Shown here one piece after another: positions 35,293 through 49,400 of a DNA stretch of 64,000 nt. The notes under the pieces are model-generated. The model had not been told where the DNA came from, did no database searches, and saw only the letters and a list, made by a program, of their open reading frames with translations. How positions within the stretch are numbered: position 1 is the stretch's first letter; each line of letters begins with the position of its first letter. A program made the translations under genes and the position numbers. This DNA comes from Takakia lepidozioides (Eukaryota > Plantae > Bryophyta), in the NCBI GenBank assembly GCA_030704615.1, contig CM060732.1, positions 74,586,001-74,650,000 on the forward strand, in the 5' to 3' direction.

Positions 35293-38200
35293 ATGACCGA
35301 TGTCCACCACAGCACAAGAGCTCCTCGGAACATCAATTCTAGTTTTTGTCTTAAGAGACGAGCGCACCTTCAAGACCACGTACATCTCACTAACTGTATT
35401 CATCTTAAGAACCACGTGCACCTGCAGAAGCACACTCTGATGTTAGAGGCGAGGAGGGCCCCTCAACTCCCCCTAATGAGGGAGTTGACAGCATTGGGGA
35501 AAGCGCGGTCTCTCCGTGATCCATCAACCAGTTCGTCTTTGAGCTCGGCCTCTGTAGGAAGTCCAGTGGGGAGAGTGGACAATACAGATGGTGGGGTAGA
35601 CAGGGATGATGCACATCAATGGGCAGCATTGGAAGGTGAAATAAGAAAACATTTGAGGAGATCCAAGATCCAAGAAGAGCCAATGTCGATCAAGGAAGGT
35701 GATTGGAGAGAGAGGGCCAGTAATGGAAGGAATGGAAGGGGCAGATTGGAGGACGTTACTCGGTATGGTGAAAGGAACGGAGAGGGGAAAGTAAATTTGA
35801 AGGGGGTTAGTGTGAATGGAGGTTCAAGAGGGAAAAAAAATAGGGATGTCAACCTCAGGCAATCTAAGGAATCCATGACTTACTCAGGGGATCGTGACCT
35901 AGAAGTTGGTGAAGATGCTAGGATAGTAGAATTGAGAGGTCAAGGGACAAGGACACACACTGGACATGGGCGGACACCACTAGGTGATCCACCTGTCAGA
36001 GATGTGAATCAAGGAAGAGACAAAGCTCGGGAGAACATGAGAGCATATTCCATGGATTTCAGGGGAGGTGGAAAAGGTGGAAAGAGGGAAGAGGTGAAGA
36101 AGGATGATTCTTTCAGACCCGAGGAACGATGGCAAGGGGATGCTGCAAGGAGAGAAGAAATTGCAAGACGCGTGATCTGTGAGAGCAATGCTTCCATGGC
36201 TTCTCCTCTCTCATACTTGACTTTTGGATCAAACCGCACCCATCGGCATTCATTTTCCTCGTTTCGTGCCAGGGAACACAATGATGAGGCTGCAGGGAGT
36301 TTATTCCGGAGTGAGGATGGAGAGCTAAGTCCGATGACAAGAGATATCATACAACCATTATCCTCTCATTTAGAATCGCCATTAATGATCAGAGACTCAA
36401 TCAAGCCTGGAGATCAGAGGAGACGGAGACTCAAAGAGGGCTTAAACTTGCCAGTGGGTTTGCATACCCGGGCACGCCGGCTCCGTGGTCAAAGGTCCAC
36501 TCGATCTCCCGGCTATTGGGAGGCCCCACTTCTAAAGGTGGACGACGGACTTGAAGTATCAGAACCACCCAAACAACGTTGTGGAATTCCTTGGGATTGG
36601 TCGCGAGTCCACAAATACACAGGTAGAAACTGTCTGCATCTAGCAGCCAAAGGCCTTCCTTGTGCATTTCCAGAGAGAACAAAGAGGAAAGGGGAGTCTA
36701 AGCAAGTTTGGGAAAATGGGTCTTTCTCAAAATCACACCTCGACTTGGCGGTTGTAGGTACAATTACTGTAGACCAGTCTATCTCTTCCTTTGATGCAGA
36801 TTCAAATGCTCTTCCTCTTCTCACAGGGGCCGAGGACTCTCAGGACAGTGACGCTCGTGGTTTCCTTTCAGAAAGTGACAGCAACGCACCACGAGGAAGG
36901 GATGGAGGACCTGGGGACAATTTGCAAAGGTCTTCCCAAGCATTGATACACTTGCACGGAGTAGTGGCAGAGGATGGAGATCTTCATCAAAGCTTGAGTC
37001 AGAAGTACCGACCCAAGTCCTTCACGGATCTCGTGGGTCAAACTATGGTGGTGAAATCCCTTGAAACAGCTGTTACAAAGGGAAAAGTTGCACCTGTGTG
37101 TCTCTTCATGGGGCCTCGTGGCACAGGGAAAAAAACTGCTGCGAGGATCTTTGCAGCAGCACTGAATTGCCTGTCCACAGCACCAGATCGTCGTCCATGT
37201 GGACTTTGCCGGGAATGTGCAACCCTCACCCTAAAGAGGAACCCGGATGTGACATATATTGATGCTACACGCAACAGAGAGCTAGAAAGCCTACGAGTCT
37301 TGCTGGGCAACATGGCCTTGGCCCCCTGCCGCTCACGGTACAAGGTTGTCATCGTCAAGGGGTGTGAGTGCCTTAGTCCTGAAGTCTGGAATGCATTTCT
37401 GAATTGTTTGGAGGAGCCTCCCAGGAATGTGGTGTTCATTCTCATTACAACCAATCCCGAGCGTCTGCCTCTAACAGCTACGTCCAGGTAACTCACATTA
37501 CAACTAATAAACTGCTGGGTTATCATCTCTGACCTTAGCTGGGAGTGGTTTGTTGGTTCTCCTTATTGCAGGGTGGATAAGCTGTGGCCAAGTCTGGCGG
37601 CTTTGAGGAGTTTACTTTGGCAGCCTTTCTTCTAATAGCAACTCATGCCTTTGTTAATATAGTTGGACCCTGTTTGACATGCAGACTGTATCGGAGGGAA
37701 GAGAGACAACCCACTTGAAATGTTCTCTTTGTTGTTTACTATTCTTTGTCAAGCCAATGACACATCACATATGTTTGTGTGTCCCTGCCCCTACATGGAA
37801 CTGGTACCTTTTTTACACTCTTCTATAAAAATGCAAACATGTGCATGATTGAGTGGTCTGCTCAGGTGCCAGAAGTTCCCTTTTTGCAAAGTGAAGGAGG
37901 CAGAAATTGTGGGCCGGCTCCAGATGCTTGCTGCCAAGGAGGACCTGGAGGTGGATGAGGCAGCGCTGTCATTGATTGCCTCAAGAGCAAATGGGTCCCT
38001 CCAAGATGCAGAGACAACGTTGGATCAGCTGAGCCTTTTGGACAGAAAAATTTCTTTGACCATGGTGCAGGAACTTGTAAGTTAGTTTCTCTTTCCTAAA
38101 GTATCAATTTTAACAATGCTTGGGATTCGAACTCTTCATGTATTGTCCCATTTGATTCAGATTACGGCATCAAACTTGGAAGAAGTAACCCAGCTTGAAA

Positions 38201-40885
38201 TTTACTTTAATGACTTCTCCTTTGCAGGTGGGGCTTATCCCCGACACCAAGTTACTGGATTTGCTCGACTTTGCACTTTCAGCAGACACGGTGAACACTG
38301 TAAGATCCATGCGAGAACTTTTGGACTCCGGTGTGGAGCCCTTATCTTTGGTTTCACAGCTAGCCTGTCTGATCACAAATATTCTAGCTGGGAGTTTTGA
38401 TGTACTCAAGGAGACGCGCAAGAAGAGTTTTTTCAAGAGAAATATCTGTAAGTGTCTGATGTGTCTGTCTCCTTGTGCCTCTGAACACACTTTTCCTTCT
38501 ACTAGAGAAAGTTGTAAGGCCTCCACCTGCACTTCTCTATCTCGCTCCCCAAGGAAAAAGACAACTGGACGGTGAAAATGGGTATGATAAAGAGGGATAC
38601 CAGAAAAAGATGTTGCAACTTTGTAAAGTGACATGCCAGATTGAATGTTTGCAGCATCAGGCAATCATCTTCTTCATGCAGATTCGTTTTAGTATTTGTC
38701 ACAAGATTAAAAAGTGTCAATTGCTGCACTGTTTTTGCAGCAATGAAGGAAGAACAGCAACGGCTCCGTCAAGCATTGAAGGTCTTGTCAGATGCAGAGA
38801 AGCAGTTACGGGTGGCAAGTGACCGACCTACATGGCTAACAGCTGCACTTCTGCAGTTTGCCCCTGACCGTTCGTTTTTGCCCTCCTCTGTGGACACAAG
38901 TATGGTACAAAGCCCCATTGCATTTGACACAATCGAGGAAGTGACAGCAGTAGAGGCTGACGCTTCCAAAAGAACCTCAACTTTCAAAGAGCAGATTCAA
39001 ATCCCGCACAAGTATCAACATAAACAATGGGAAGGCCCAGGACTGGGGCGCACTCTTGCTGCCTATCTTGAGAGCCGGAAGAAGGGTTTTTCCTCAGGTA
39101 TCCAATCGGAAGCAAAAGTGCACCCTGCTGAGTCACCACTGGATGCTGACATCGGACATGGGGAGGGTAGATTGGAGAAGGCTGTGAGGGCTGCCCCTAT
39201 AGATGCCACGGCAACTGTAGATGCATCCACTTCAGCAGGCTCCTATAATTTTCAGATTCATGGTCATCATAACCTGGAGGATGTTTGGGTCAAGGTCCTA
39301 CAACGGTGCACTTCCAATGCTTTGAAGCAGATGCTGCAGTCTCAAGGAAGACTGATTGCTCTCACTGTGGCTGAAGGTAGTCTCCTATCTCTCTTCTCTG
39401 TTTTTCCACTTCTTTTCAAACGAGACAACCCACGTCGCTCACCATCAAATCCATGACTTTTTAGGTTGTCATTTGGGTCTCGGTCCTAATCAGAGCTATG
39501 GGTAGTGTGGATCAGATGACAGCTATGTGGTTGCCCACATGGAATTTCGGAACCCAGAGCACAAGTCAATCGCAGAGAGATTACGAAGCAGCATTTGTCA
39601 TTATTTTCAACTGGCCCTTAGTTGTCCTGTTGAGCTCAAGATCAGCAGGGCTTACCTTCAGGACAATGCCATTGAGGAGTACAGCATCTCTCAGAGTCAA
39701 GCATATGTGGGGAAATCACAGGCAGGCCCATCCAGTAGCCGGCAAAGAAAGGGCAAACTGAAAGGTGCTGGCCTCCATGGATTCACTCCTGATGCTATGG
39801 ATGTGGATGGAGCTCCTGTACACACTCACCGGCAATCAAAATCCTCAAAGACTCAGCGAAAGCTAGAACAGATGGAACATACTCCTGTTTTTGGAGAAAT
39901 TGTTCATCACCAGGGCTCGGAGATAGGTAGTTTCCGTGGAGCTGATTCCCTCAGCCAGAAGTCATGGTCTGCCCTTCATAGTGCGAGAAGTGGGGAGATG
40001 ATTAAGGGGGAGGGACGTCAATCTGATAACACCTGGGCAAATACAGCCCCACAACATTCTAGCTGGGTTTCTCAGGATGTGCATCCAATTCCGACTGGAC
40101 ATAAACCGGGTAGGAGAGTGTCGCTAAAGACAATGATGGATGAGCCACAACAGAGACTGAATGAGGACCACATTCACAGGGCCAAGCCGGGGAAATGGAA
40201 AAATGTGAAGTTCAAGGACAGCAATCACCTCAGCTCCCGTAATGAGCAAGAAAATATGTAAGTTCCAACCTCTACCATATCATTCAGCTGTTGTAACTTG
40301 CATTCTAGTCTGTGAGAGAACCATGCAGTAACAAATGCAATCTGGAGTTATACACTGCCTGCTGTTGCACTCAACAAACCAGCACTTATTACAAGTTTGA
40401 GAAGCGACCAAATATCAAAGGGTTTGTCGGGGGATCACCCAGTGCTTACAGTTTCCTGGACCAATCAATGACCTGGATCTGCCAATTTTTTGTTTGTGTT
40501 ACTGGACAGTCATTTGTCTGGTCTGTTGACCGTATGAACTACATCCTGCAGTGTCGGGTTTTAAGACAAATGGGTGGCAGCACAGAGACATATATACTGG
40601 AAAATCAAGGGTCCAATTCTTTCCAGATTGGTTTTTTTTAGTTTGGAGTAGTAAATCAACTGCTTAGTACATAAAAAGGAAGCATGTTAATAGATCCCAG
40701 CAGTTTGATGGTTCATAAAGGACACTTGACATCAGAGCTGATGCCATGCTCTCTCTATCGTTGGCACTGTTTCTGCGTCCCTCTTATGTTCTCCTGTGGA
40801 TCAATCATGTAGAAAGTTGGAGTCACAAGTCAAACCAAACAAGGTTCTCCTCTGCTGGAAAGCATCCCAACCCAAGAAACTCAAG
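35293..40885 (+). CDS. STICHEL-like protein (DNA polymerase III gamma/tau, DnaX-like AAA+); final exon uncertain
   Basis: N-terminal HLTNCIHLKNH, CGIPWDWSRVH, SLSQKYRPKSF, GPRGTGK, PCGLCREC, LEEPP. Exons 35293-37487, 37866-38076, 38228-38447, 38741-39376, 39516-40257, 40813-40885, plus a probable short terminal exon further downstream. Confidence 0.9.
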
Positions 40886-42831
40886 GTTGTTGCCTACCTA
40901 CATTTCACTCCCTCTCACTTTTTCACAGGCTTGCGCATTTCTCCTCTGAATGTTGTAGTTTGAAAATCCTTGTCTTCTAGTGTTGTGCCCATCATTTGGA
41001 TACCACTTTTTGTGATTCTGGCTGTAAATGTGTACATACAGAATAGGTTAATATTTAGCATTCAGATGGTGTCTCCATGGGAAGCCTCATAAAACTCTGA
41101 CACAATTTATCCGCATTTGTTGCCCTGTTTTACCATAAATTTAGTGATCATGTCTATAGTTTTGTTTTTTGTAGATTTATGCCAATAACCACCATCATTG
41201 CTGAACCCTTGAAGTTTTCCATGATGGGTTTTCCCTGTTAGAATCTGCTACTGGGCTTACACCAATCCCGCCAGCAATGCTCAGACTAACAGGAAATTGG
41301 GGGAAGCCTTGGTCTTGAGATTTGGCATATATTCCTCTAGAGTTTTTAGCTGCGGAGATGCATTGGCCATAGTTGTTGAAGACTTGTCTTGTGGTTGGTA
41401 TTGGATTCTGTCGTATGTGTGGCCAGTGGAATTCTCAGCATCAAAGAGCTCAAGGAAGAGCTCAATTCTTCCTCAAACTGGTTCCCTGTACCAAATCAGA
41501 TGCACCATGATGGACACGGATGTTACAGCCACAGCACTTCCTGTGACCACGCACTCAGCTATATTATAAATAAAATGGGGCCTATTGGGCGTCACCAGCT
41601 GATATGTGTAACGCAGGAGATGGAGCATTTAGATAAGGGAGAGGAGCATTAGTGAACATTGCAAAGGTTTTGCGGATACCTTCAGCCAGGCCAAGGGAGC
41701 AAAGACAAAACTGGCATCTCTGTCAAGAAGAGGGAGAACAGATTCATGTGAACTGCCAAGGACAGCCAGCTGCTTCATAAGATGATGAGAAGTGGAGTTG
41801 AAGCATATCCTTGCCCTCTGGCTGACCCTGCCCTCTTTATGGTGAGCAATTGACTTGAATTTGGTTGTATTTACACTCCAAAGCAGTAGCACCACTACAT
41901 TGTATACCACCAGCCACTAGAGAATTGGTTCACCCATGGCCATTGTACAATATCAGAGCAAATATAGTACATTCTTACATGATTCACAAAGCTTTCCCAT
42001 GAGCATTTGAAAGGACTTGCAGAGCAATAACTTGATTCTCATCTCTGATATTGCTCAGTCAAATGAATCAATTCCCCTCCTTGTTGAATGTACTACATCA
42101 CTATCATTTGTTTTGCTCCATTTTTTTCATTCACTATTGGCAGTTTCGTTAGATGCTGTAATCCTGAACTTGCTCAATGAGGCACGATTTGGGATCATTG
42201 GTACTGCAATCTGTGAAAGCATATATTATCTCCTGGATTTACCCATCCTACATGTATACAGAGACTCAGGGTGTGGTGCCCTTAATCCATGCAAGCCCAA
42301 GCTCAGCCAAGAGTGCAAATGCAAACATGTTAAAAATGACTTGCCATTACAACATAGTCAGTCTAAGCTTGCTTTACGCTTGAGCACATTGTAGAAGAGG
42401 ATATGGAAAGTCATACAATGCCAACAACAAAGTTGCCATCACCATGTAACAGTTGGTCACAACCCTACACTGCAATGGGCAGACCTTCATATTCAATCCA
42501 ACTTTGCCACCTTTGTACCCCAACAAACAACATTTCTCAAACCCACGCAGCTCAATATGTTAATACTAGTTTCTAAATTATAGCTAAGGACACTTCCAAA
42601 TACTTGGTGGGGGCTGTAGGTGAGGCAAATAGGTCCACAAAAGAAATGTAGAGTATCAAATTGACATGCTAGTGCTTTAAAAGGTAGTGGACAAGTTCTA
42701 TACTACTGTAGTGGATCTTAAAACCAGTGTACTAAAACCATCTACAAGATCTTTTCTCTCCATTTATTTCATAAAGAAGTTCTTCAAAATACCAGTTTGA
42801 AAATACTAGTTTTTTCTATTTTTTTCTATCT

Positions 42832-45800
42832 TCAAAATACTAGTTTTTCAGCTTTTGAAAAATCTTCTAAAAGCTCACCTGCATAAGCTCTGAGCAACAG
42901 CAATGCTCTGCTATCCTTTTCCTGGTTGGCAGTACCATGTCGAGATGCTGATGAGAGGCGGTTGTGGAGAGCAAGAACCATATCACGAGCCGTTGCAGCA
43001 GTATCAGGTATGTCCAGCCCTACATTCTTGATGGGTGCAAACTCCTCCGCTCGGTCTACCTCCAACAGAGCCACCTGCACAGCCCACCATGACACAAGTG
43101 ATGAGACAAACCAGTAGCTATTTTGTCATGCATATGCCCCAGACTGGTAGATGGAAGCTAAGCAGAAAATCAGTGAAGGCATAGACTTCAACAAAAGCAG
43201 TGAGACACAGCCAGGCAGCCCAAGATGTCCTGCCTTTTCTGGATCGCAATATTTGAAGGCATCAAAAATGAACTGTTCCAGTTTGATCCCGTTTGGCTTG
43301 TCTGGCAGTACTGGGTCCCAGTCCTCAGAGTCTTCCTTCAGGTGTGGTATGCACTTCAGAGCAGCATGGAACCCAAGTTCAAGCTGGGGATCAGCCACCC
43401 TCTTCAAATACTCCAGTGAGAACATATTGATGCAAATGTGACCTGCTCGGAAAAGCAGGTGCCCATTTGTTGCGTCTCTTGCTGTCCGCAACATGTCAGA
43501 CATCTCACTGTACTCCAAAACCCCGTAATGCTGAGAATTTGCAAACCTTGTGCTGCTTCCAAGAGTGTCAGTTTTATCAACTTCAGGTTCAATGCCATTG
43601 GCATTAGATTCTGCTTCGAAAGAACTACTCGTGTCCGAAGTCTTTCCTTGAAGGCAAACAACGCCAACAGACTCCTCTGGATACAGCTTAGTGACTACCT
43701 TTACACCCACCTCTGCTTTGTGCTCGTGTGAGAACCCAAAAAATACAGGATCTGCAACTCTAACCAGAGCATTATCCACAGCATACACCTGCATAAAGTA
43801 CCCAGGTCTTAGTTGTCTTAGTCCACAGAAAACAGAAACCAGAAAAAGAACAATATAGGTGAACGGGAGAGAGAATGTAGTCCAAACCTGCACATATTGC
43901 ACCCCTCGGTCGGAAAGCTTTTCCAGCAGTCCTTGAGCACGCAAGGCCGAGAAAACACCACCATTGCCAGAAGGTGCTAAGGCAACCTTCCAGGGTGTTT
44001 CCATGAGGATGGCATGACCTCCATCTTTACCGACACAAGGTAGACTGTCTTGTTTCAAAAACCATACCTGCCCCATCCCACCAAACCCTCCATTCTCAAC
44101 ATTACTTGCTCATTTACTGGTCCCCTTTCATGCTGCCTCACTGTCTCTCTGTTTATCTCTTCCCTTTACCTGACATAACGGAAGCAAGATTGACTGAAAC
44201 AGATGAGAGATAAACCTGCGTCTTGTCAAGCCCAAAGAAACCTTTCTCTTCAAAGAACGTGCGAGTCTGTACATCAGTGGCGTCGCTGGTCAAGATGAGC
44301 CATGGAATCTGAGGCATCACCCCCGAGCCAGCCATCTGGACACGTGCACATCACTGCCGCCAGATCATTATCTGAGAAAGTAAATCACGTAATTATTGTA
44401 ATACAATGTGACTGGATGGTGACTAGCTTAAACTCAATCTCGACTACAGATTACTGCATCAAACCAGTGAACAAGAAAAAGCAAGGAACAGATAATGTGG
44501 ATGGTTGGGCAATGTGAAAGAAGGGCACCCTGCAAGGACGTGCTTACTGAGGCAGCAAGCTCATTTATGGAAACCATTGGACACTACGGAGCATACATTG
44601 AGTCAGTATGCTATGATAAAACAGCACTCCGCCATAAGCTGGACACCTACCGAGGCAGCAAGCTCTTGCACAAGAAGCAATCGCTCAGCCTGTAGCTGAA
44701 ATAGCGACTTGGGCTGTGGGAGGTCTAATTGCAGCATTCCTTTCACCACCCCTCCCAGTCTTGTGCTTTGGCCCCCGGCCAATACTACCACTGCCACTTT
44801 TCCATCTGCCACAAGCTGAAGCCCTTTCGACCACCAGCGGGCAGAGTTTCGGTCTCCAGTGGCTTTACTATTCTCAGAAAGCTCTTCCCCATCAGGATTG
44901 ACCAACCAGTCTTCAAAAGACTCCCAGTGTGCACAAGGGAATAGAGGGGGTGGCTCTGGCTGCATCTCTGGGCTGAGTCATTTGACATGCATCAATCTGG
45001 ATACGTTAAAATTTGGATGATAATGGAGATATAATAACTATCTCAGTCAATATCTTACCAAACAGCTGAAGACTGAACTGAAAGAGGATCACGGATGTCT
45101 TCTTGCAGATGCAAATAAGTCTATCAAACAAAGTCCATGCAAGGTCGTGAAAAAGAGAAATGAGTCTTAAAGGTGCAGCAGTAGCTGGTCTTCAGATAGA
45201 ACCGTAGATCTCTCTCTCTCTCTCTCTCTCTTACCTGGGCGTTGAGTTTTCCTCCAATTGTAATTGGGATGCACATATCCGGAAAGTTGTTCAAACTGGC
45301 AAGGGCAAAGCTCTGGGGCTCACTAAATTTTTCCACTGCAGAGGGGTCAACTCTGAGGTTAAGAAAACCATGCTTTGTCGCGTTATTAGACCTGCCTTGG
45401 AGTACGGATCTGCTATATGGGTTGATAACTCCAACCAGGCTAAGTCTCTAGAATCCATTCAAGTGGGGGTGCTTAAGGAGTGTATGTCAGCATGCTCCAA
45501 AACAGCCAATGTGGCTGTTCGGGGTGAGTTTGGCATTCCGTCCTTAAGCTCCCGACGAGATGAATTCAAGGTCAGATGGTGGGGTCAGCTGCAACATATG
45601 CCCAACACCAGATATCCTAAGTTAATCGACTCTATATCTTGGAAACAGGACCGCCCTGTCAAACAGGCTAAGTCCTGGCAGAAGAGAGTAGAAGAGATTC
45701 TCAAGGACCTGGACCTGGATCCGCAAGCCTTGACCCTGCTGGATAAATCTGACTTAGAGGCTGTAGTGTCCTCAGCCATGTCTGTTGCCATGAGATTGTC

Positions 45801-46369
45801 TGATGAAAATGAAGTTAGGCAGAAAACTTCCCTGAACTTGTTTCCAGTTAGTGACATGGGGGAGGACATCTTGGATGACCTCAATAGTCTACCCACTCTC
45901 GGCACTAGACTGAAATTTAAACTCAGGGCAGGAAGCCTACCTTTGAACAGCAAACAGAAGCAGAGAGGAAAGGGAGAGTGCAATTGCCCGCTGTGTGGGC
46001 AATCTGAAGACAGTATTCACTTTCTGATACACTGTCCGGGGTTCTCTCACCAAAGAGACGCTCTCTTCAACTCTATCAAGGGAATTGTGCCTGTTCCCCT
46101 GTTTAACAATTTTGAAAGTCTCGAGGCTGAGCCAAAAGCCCAGGCCCTCCTGAGGCCTAGTTTTTGGGCAAATCACACACAGCAGATTGATGCTTGTGTG
46201 AAGGGATTTCTAGAGGATATCTGGAAAACCCGGATTAATTCTATATATGATGGTAAGTCACACTACCAACGTCAGCCCCTGACAGAGGTAGGTTCTGTCC
46301 CTTTTGTTCCTGCTCAAACTGGGCGCGGGGTCAATGGCCACAAGGCTACGGCAAACAACGTCTTATGAG

Positions 46370-46401
<32 letters not shown>

Positions 46402-49400
46402 GTTCTGCCCAAACTGGGTGCGGGGTCTATGGCCACAAGGCTACGGCAAACAACATCTTATAAGTACATCACACACACACACACAAGATGAGTCTCAAAG
46501 TGCTAAGGCATATGACACATGTAGGCAGGATAGCAATTACAGTTTCGCTACCAACTGTGAAAAGACATGCATGCTTACCTCCCTTGTGATTTTGGAGTAC
46601 TCAGAGAATCATCCAAGGCACGTTGGAAGACAGAAAAATCAATGCCTAACAGCTGCTGCATAAGGGCCTGACGCTGCGATGCTTCTCCTGTGGAGAGTCC
46701 ACCCAGCACATGTGTCTGCCCAGATGCTGTCAACCGCTTTCTTATACCTGCAACCCTTGCCTTTGTCTTCCGCTCCTGCTCAACAAATATCACTTTAATT
46801 ATAGCACCGACTACCACAGAATGATTGGGTTTGTGTGCAAAATCATATGCCGCTGGGGCGTCTATACTGTGGATGATGCCACCAGCTGAGTGTGACGCCA
46901 TGCTTTTGCACGAGTCCATGCAAGGGGCAGGCACAAGAGACCATGTATTGATTGGTATTATGTGCTCTTGCACTTCCTCACAGCTCTACACTATACAACA
47001 AGCCTATCATGCCATGCTCCACCGAACATTAGAGCATCATATCCATGCAGACACCAGCAGTGACTATCGAAAGGTGGGTGATGCTACAGTGCAGGTTCCC
47101 TGGAGGGAGAGAGGAAGGCAAGGGAGGCAGATATGGAAATAAGCAGAGATGTACTAATATGGTTCGTCAAAAGCTGACAGGCTATAGGTTTTGAGGGGGA
47201 ACCAGAAAGCAGTTACAGACTGCATCCTGTGATGTGTAAGAGAGAGAGAGTTCATAACATCCACAAAAGACGAGAAAGAACAAGGCTAGGGCAAACAACG
47301 TACCTTGACAGAGACAATTAGTTCGGGCTTTCCAGATATCCTCTAGAAAGCCCTTTACACAAAGCATCAACTTGCTGTGTGTGAGCTGCCCAGCAATTAG
47401 ACCCCAACAGGGCCAGGGCTTTAGGCTCAGCCTCAAGATTTTGAAAGTTGGTGAACAGAGGTGCAGGGACAATGTGCTTGATTGTCCTGAAGAGGGTCAC
47501 TTCCTCGACAATGTATCAGATTTTTCTACTGTGTCCTTCCATTCTTTAGAAGGCCCCTCACTATTCGAGTTAGATTCGCGGTCAAGAAGATACCTCGTCA
47601 AAACCTTTGAAGTCCCCAATATACCCTTATTATTCCTTAAAGCCTGTACTTTCTGGCCATTTTCGGCTTGTACAATCCAAGAACTTGGTTCTGACAGATC
47701 TCAGCCGGAAGCACCTAAGCTCTACTGGGAGCACCTTTTCACATCCTCAGTGTGGAAGCTCCCCAAACACCTACCAGAAAATAGCCTTTCATCGCATACA
47801 TTATCTTTATATTGGGTTAACGAGTGGTGTAGTGTGTACGTGTTGGAAGAGGCGCTATGGAATCCATTCCACTGAAGAACTCGGACACACAGGGGATCTC
47901 TAGGGCCTTGGTTGCCATGCAGTGCAATCCCCAGTTCTCTAGGACAAAACTTAGCAACCACTGGTCAAGATACAGTCTTGCTGGTGGTAGACTGCTGTGG
48001 TACCTCAGACGAGGAGTTCATGAAATGGAAAGGAGCCAACCTGCTTCTGCACCTCTTTCCTGGAGAGCCCTTCCTTTGGCACATTGAGCTCCAACAGTCC
48101 CTCTGGTGGCGTTATCTCCACCAACCTTGCTTCTTTGTTGACCACTGGCACTATCTCTTTCACAAAAGGAATCCAGATTCGGACATCATCGCTGTGCCCC
48201 TTAGAGCTACTGTTTGATGTCAGGCGTACCCGTAGGAGGTCACTGGCCCCACTGCTATGCACATCGACTATCGTGCCTATCTCTTTCCCGGATTCCTGCC
48301 AAAGCCATAACCCCATGTGTATTGATATGCTAAGATAAACTTCAGCTCAAGATGCTAGTACAAAATGCAAATCCATGATTGCCTCAAATCTGGTACAGGG
48401 ATTGAAGCACTGTAGAATACTAACCTGGATGATAACAGACATCCCCACAAGGTCAGGAATGTAAAATTCCTCTCCATCATCCTGCAATGGTGGCCTCTCC
48501 TTGGCACTCACTAGCATTGTACCCCCCAGCAAATGACTAGCCTGCTCCATTCACACCATGCCCAACAACGACTTATTCAAACAAAAAGCAACAAGGCACG
48601 TACAGAAACATAATGAGAAAAAGGAGAATGAACTTATGGGACAGTAATGCACAACAACAGAGAAAGAGAGATAGCTGACATAACCTCTTTGGCTGAGACC
48701 CCAAACTTGACTCGCAGAGGGTTAGTATTTCACAGGAACGATGCCGTTAAATGCATGTGACAACCAAAGTCTGTCAACCCCCATTCCTGTCCTGTCTGAG
48801 CCCCTTCTGTTCTGTCCAAACCAGGCACTAGTTCTATGGTCACACAGTATGCATCTCTCCTGCAGACTCTACCAAACAAACCTGGCAAAAAATTGCCTAA
48901 AAGCAACTGTGAAATTGGGATCACCTCCTCTGGTGTAGCAAAGCCCTCCAGTGTGACAAGCCAAGATGGCTGCTTGCCAGGTCCTTCACGGCCCTTCACA
49001 AGCTCCACGCGCTGCATGGAGGTCTTGCCCATGACAACTCTGCGAACCCATCGCACTCCTGGCTGAATACCCCACCCCACCACATGGAGATCCCAACATT
49101 AAGAAAATCTGTACACTATTTTGAGAATCAGAAAGTTCTCTGGTTCTATCAGAAATAGCAAAGAGTGTTTATGTTGAGATCTACAATTATTCACCAAGGA
49201 GAAACACTTTTTGCACAAGATGCAGGGCAAGTATCCAGCTTGACATATTCAGCAAAAGTTCAAACCTTTTCAAAGCGTTCCTCAGGAAAATCAGTAAGCG
49301 ATCGCACCCGCACTTCACCATGGACACCATGTGTTTCAGCAATAATACCCACTTCAACAAACTCAAGAGCATCCACATCCTCACCTGAAACACCAGACCC

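Noticed and set aside
47500-47960. Possible L1 C-terminal zinc-finger fragment
   Set aside because: The resemblance is too weak and frame-broken to call.
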